Below are positions 35,984 to 39,700 of a DNA stretch of 39,700 bases, one piece after another (within the stretch, counting starts at the first letter, position 1; each line of letters opens with the position of its first letter). The notes beneath the pieces are model-generated. The model was not told the DNA's origin and ran no database searches. It saw nothing but the letters and a program-made list of their open reading frames with translations. The stretch comes from Leptospirales bacterium. Lineage in GTDB: Bacteria > Spirochaetota > Leptospiria > Turneriellales > JAOUFE01. The position numbers were made by a program, and so were the translations under genes. The stretch covers positions 1 through 39,700 of the forward strand of contig JBEQLE010000039.1 of the NCBI GenBank assembly GCA_040326155.1, in the 5' to 3' direction.

Positions 35984-37243
35984 CTATCTGTCCCATGAAA
36001 TACGGAATTTCTGCGGTATTGGCGTATTTCCATAATCAACGGCTCCATCCGGTTTAACTCGTTTTTTCAAGAGTATTTGTCGCACCATTTCAGGAACCAT
36101 TTCCATTCCAATTGCATTTCCCATGCATTTATGGTACCCATAACCCAAATGTAAGCTATCACCATAGGGACGATTTTGTTTAAACGTATAAGGGTCTTTA
36201 AACTTTGAAGCATCAAACATTGCTGAGGAAATTAACGGAAATACCGTTTGTCCTTTCTTTAGCGTTATTGCTCTTTTAGTCCCTTTCGCAATAGTGTGAT
36301 TTCCGCTTGAAGATCGAAACATGTATTTAAAAGACGCATTAAACCGCAGAGCCTCCCAGACCATCATGTCGAATTTTTCCGTTTTTTCAGACTTTGCCAG
36401 CTCTACCGCTTTTTTCAACATTTCAGGACGATTAAATAGTTCATCGAGAGCCTGAATAACAGCTTGCGCCGTCGTTTCTACGGACCCGATTAAAAGTCCG
36501 CCAATATTCAATACTTGTCGGGGCAAAGTGAACTTATCTTTTTGGGGATATTTTGCCGCCAGAATTTTTGACGCTACATCTTTGCCTGGAAATCCAATTT
36601 TAATAAAAAACAGCTTACGCAAGGCCAGCATAATCAGGTACAGGGCCATCCAGACTCCGCAACTTTTGCGCGAATAAATAATTTTCTTTGCGTCTGTTCT
36701 GCGATGAAAAGGTTGATTATGAAAAGTGTCAAATTGATTCCAATAGGACCAGCGTATTAATCTCTCCGCTTTAATCCGGTTTAGACCAAAAATTTCTTGA
36801 ACCATAAGGGTGGGAACCATACGACTATAACCGTATGCTATTTCCATTTTCCCCTTCTTTCCTTCGAGAATTTCAGCGCCGGCTTTCCCGATAAACTCGC
36901 GTACTTTGGATAAATTCAGTTTATCCAGAAAGGACGACATCATTATACCCTTCTCCGTATCGTGTTGAAAAGTATCGTCCTGAGTCATTAAATATGTTCC
37001 CATTTTAGGTTTATAAAATTTAACTGTAAAATCTTTTGGTCGACTTAAAGCCTCAATCGTATCATCATATCGAGCCAGCAATACCCCTTCTGGAGTTTCT
37101 AAAATTGGTCGCTTCTCGCGCAGTTCTTTAAAAAATTCGAAAGGCGAATTTGCAAGCCAGTCCAATACCAGACTCCATTTCTGACTCTCGGGAGCTCTAT
37201 CATATCTGTCCAAAAAACTCTGGGGTTCATTATTATTTTTCAT
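35984..37243 (-). CDS. Cytochrome P450
   Basis: I-helix GSVETT, EALR (ExxR), heme loop HLGYGYHKCMG. Confidence 0.93.
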   Translation of the reverse strand: MKNNNEPQSFLDRYDRAPESQKWSLVLDWLANSPFEFFKELREKRPILETPEGVLLARYDDTIEALSRPKDFTVKFYKPKMGTYLMTQDDTFQHDTEKGIMMSSFLDKLNLSKVREFIGKAGAEILEGKKGKMEIAYGYSRMVPTLMVQEIFGLNRIKAERLIRWSYWNQFDTFHNQPFHRRTDAKKIIYSRKSCGVWMALYLIMLALRKLFFIKIGFPGKDVASKILAAKYPQKDKFTLPRQVLNIGGLLIGSVETTAQAVIQALDELFNRPEMLKKAVELAKSEKTEKFDMMVWEALRFNASFKYMFRSSSGNHTIAKGTKRAITLKKGQTVFPLISSAMFDASKFKDPYTFKQNRPYGDSLHLGYGYHKCMGNAIGMEMVPEMVRQILLKKRVKPDGAVDYGNTPIPQKFRISWDR

Positions 37244-37269
37244 AATTATATTTCTCGCTCAAATGCCTA

Positions 37270-39420
37270 TTATAATGTTTTAAGATACTCGACCAACTGC
37301 CAGCGCTCTTCGTCCGTTAGTTCATCCATTTTGTAACTATGTCCTGTGTTATAGTTTCCAGGTAGCGAAGTATCGAATGTAAAACCCACATCGTCATACC
37401 CTTTTGTTATAAAACCTACTTTAACAGGATCAAATTCTCGACTACCCACTAGGAATTTGTCAGGCCGATATAAATTTTCTGCTGTTGGATGAAATACTCC
37501 ATCTTTATCTGTAAGGTCTTTTTTTGAGGGAAGTAATAAATCGTAAAGCGTCGGAACCGAACCATTGTGAAGGTAAGGCGCCGTTGCCCATATGCCATTG
37601 AGTGGCCGCGATTTATAAGCCGCCAAAGCATTAAATGGCCCAACTGTTGTACTCGGCGTATATGTTCCTGCCCGAAGCGATGGTTTAATTTTATTCCTGA
37701 AAAATGTAGCCGCAACATTATAGACAAAACCGTACCAACGTCTGATAAAGTTCCTGTCGTAGTCGGGGGTAAGAAGTACATTTTTTGTAACGCCTAAGAA
37801 AAGCAAGGCAACCGGAGCTTGTTCCGGAGTGACCATATTGCCAATAAAAGCTGAGATATACTTATTTTTTAAAATACCGGAAGCGCCTGTTCGTGTTAAA
37901 GCGTTCATCGCCATCGTTGTATCCGTTCCAGATTGTTTTAAATTTATAAAGCTTGCCACAACTTTGCGGTATGGGTCTGTTCTATTGATACTGTGATGAC
38001 AAGAAGCGCAATATTCCTTAAACAGCTCTTCTCCTTTTTCCGCTTTTTTGTGGTCTATTTTTGTAAGTTTATCTTCAGGCCACAATGGTGAGTATAAATC
38101 ATTCAAGTGGTTTTCAAGCCTTTCCAGATTATGCGCATCCACTGAAGACCGAAAAGAAACTTTTGTCTCTTTTGCCCCCAATAGAATCGAGTTCAGAGTA
38201 TATTTTCTTTTTGCCTGCCAATCCAGTGTACCAAATACGCCGATTACCTCACCGGTATTTCGAGCCAACGGTCCGACTCCGGCGTTAGCGGCGATACCAT
38301 TCCACTGGAGATAATCGTGATTGGGAACATCCCACATGTATGGATAACTAACAGGCGCATTGGGACTGTTAAAAATTTCTTTGCTTACCTGAAGTAGTTC
38401 TTCATTTGAAAGTAAAGGTCTAATTCTATCGAGGATATGATCAAATTCATCGTTCGTTAATATATCATCTTTTATACCTTTCAAAACCGTTTTTAATTTA
38501 TCTTTCGGTAAAACAGACGCTAAAACTTTTTCAATGGCGTCTCTATTTAGCACGTGTTGGAGAGTTCTATTGAAAATACGTCCAAAAGCATCAAGACGCG
38601 CATAACCATATTTAAGGTCATATTCTTTATTGCCTTTTTTATATTCGCTTTTATTTATAGTCGCATAAACCTGTAAGCGAGATGCATACTTTTTTAAGTC
38701 TTCTAAAACTTCTTCTTCACTGGTATAATTTCGTCCACCGGTAAGCCATTCCCAGAATCCGTTTCGATCAAGCACCGCTTTTACAAATCGTTTCTGTTTG
38801 GCTTCATCCGAATTGGTTTGTAACAATGCGCTGTTTGCATCATCAATAAACGTTTCCATATCGGACATTGCCGGAGCGCCGTCAACTCTCATGGCCACTC
38901 CCTTATAATTGACTTGAGCCGTATGACAGGCAGCGCAGGTAAACCCGACATATTCATCACCGTTGTATTTATCTTTGACAAAGCCTACAGGCAGACCGTC
39001 GGGATTGCTGAAAGTTGGTTTTAAAACAATGTAACGGTAGCTGTCCATATTCTCATTAGATCGAATTAGTTCTTGCGAATCTTTTTTTTCTAAAACCATA
39101 AAAAAGTCATATGGCATTAAATCTGACCCCTGGGTTGTTGTGTAAAACCACATACTATCGGACGGCGACCACCCCTGCCAGTCACGAACCTCTTCGGGCG
39201 AATCAGCGTTCGGGTATAGAGTTTTGTAATCATCCTTAAACTTGGAATGTTCTAATACAATAGCTCCCCGATCTGGGTCACTATCCCACGATTGGAAAGT
39301 TTTAAAAATAGCCAGATAAATTCCGTTAATTATAAAGAGAATAATTAATACACGTATTATTTTTTTAAGATTACTTTTCCATGTCGAATATTCATTCCAT
39401 TTCATTTCTTCGCCCCTCAA
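37270..39420 (-). CDS. Membrane-anchored di-heme cytochrome c, RoxA-like/peroxidase-like
   Basis: N-terminal TM; CAACH and CASCH; YKSRPLNGIWATAPYLHNGSVPTLYDLL; GNYNTGH..LVEYLKTL. Confidence 0.88.
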   Translation of the reverse strand: MRGEEMKWNEYSTWKSNLKKIIRVLIILFIINGIYLAIFKTFQSWDSDPDRGAIVLEHSKFKDDYKTLYPNADSPEEVRDWQGWSPSDSMWFYTTTQGSDLMPYDFFMVLEKKDSQELIRSNENMDSYRYIVLKPTFSNPDGLPVGFVKDKYNGDEYVGFTCAACHTAQVNYKGVAMRVDGAPAMSDMETFIDDANSALLQTNSDEAKQKRFVKAVLDRNGFWEWLTGGRNYTSEEEVLEDLKKYASRLQVYATINKSEYKKGNKEYDLKYGYARLDAFGRIFNRTLQHVLNRDAIEKVLASVLPKDKLKTVLKGIKDDILTNDEFDHILDRIRPLLSNEELLQVSKEIFNSPNAPVSYPYMWDVPNHDYLQWNGIAANAGVGPLARNTGEVIGVFGTLDWQAKRKYTLNSILLGAKETKVSFRSSVDAHNLERLENHLNDLYSPLWPEDKLTKIDHKKAEKGEELFKEYCASCHHSINRTDPYRKVVASFINLKQSGTDTTMAMNALTRTGASGILKNKYISAFIGNMVTPEQAPVALLFLGVTKNVLLTPDYDRNFIRRWYGFVYNVAATFFRNKIKPSLRAGTYTPSTTVGPFNALAAYKSRPLNGIWATAPYLHNGSVPTLYDLLLPSKKDLTDKDGVFHPTAENLYRPDKFLVGSREFDPVKVGFITKGYDDVGFTFDTSLPGNYNTGHSYKMDELTDEERWQLVEYLKTL

Positions 39421-39700
39421 ACACTGTAATTTACAATATATCTTTACACATTAATTTTTCAAGTGCCAAATTATATTTCTAAATGCATATAGTTAAAATA
39501 ATTGGACCTGTCAACACAATAATTAATTTTTTTATTTATATTGCGTAATTTAGAAAAGACTTATGAATGTTTGTTTCGATAATGTTCTGAGACGGTTTAA
39601 TTTCAAATAAAGAATTATTCGAATTACTTGATTTGGGTGTCGGCTTCTATATTACTTTCCATTTCCGTATTGGTTTCGGTTTTTGTTTTGGTTTTGCCAT

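Noticed and set aside
35895..35996. N-terminal extension of LysS overlapping the P450 stop
   Set aside because: The 34 extra residues do not resemble LysS; likely an open upstream frame, so no translational coupling is claimed.
39652..39700. 3' end of an upstream minus-strand gene (..QNQNKNRNQYGNGK*)
   Set aside because: Too short to determine frame or identity.

Overview
Bacterial chromosomal window, about 40% GC by eye. The host is probably a Leptospirales-like spirochaete, inferred from protein style and repeat types. Core genes (DEAD-box helicase, xseA, hcp, kefG/kefB, ftsQ-like/ftsA/ftsZ, comEC, mtnA, lysS) alternate with accessory patches. These are (i) a toxin-antitoxin-rich patch at 3.0-6.9 kb, (ii) a rearranged patch at 9.4-14.5 kb with a cyanovirin-N-like lectin and a diverged 193-bp copy of part of an AI-2E transporter gene, and (iii) a defence/mobile patch at 20.5-29.4 kb. 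The strongest signal is a complete IS110-family element (23308-24698) inserted into one copy of a ~190-bp attC-like palindromic repeat. Its upstream non-coding region folds into a two-loop bridge-RNA-like structure whose guide segments match the element's own target and donor junctions, and circularisation would assemble a junction promoter. Copies of the same repeat flank a TIR/nucleoside-deoxyribosyltransferase-like gene and a PHP-ATPase (Ppl/TrlF-like) gene, suggesting integrase-less defence cassettes. The window ends with a RoxA-like di-heme cytochrome c gene paired with a cytochrome P450. All calls were made by eye from motifs; no searches or folding programs were run.
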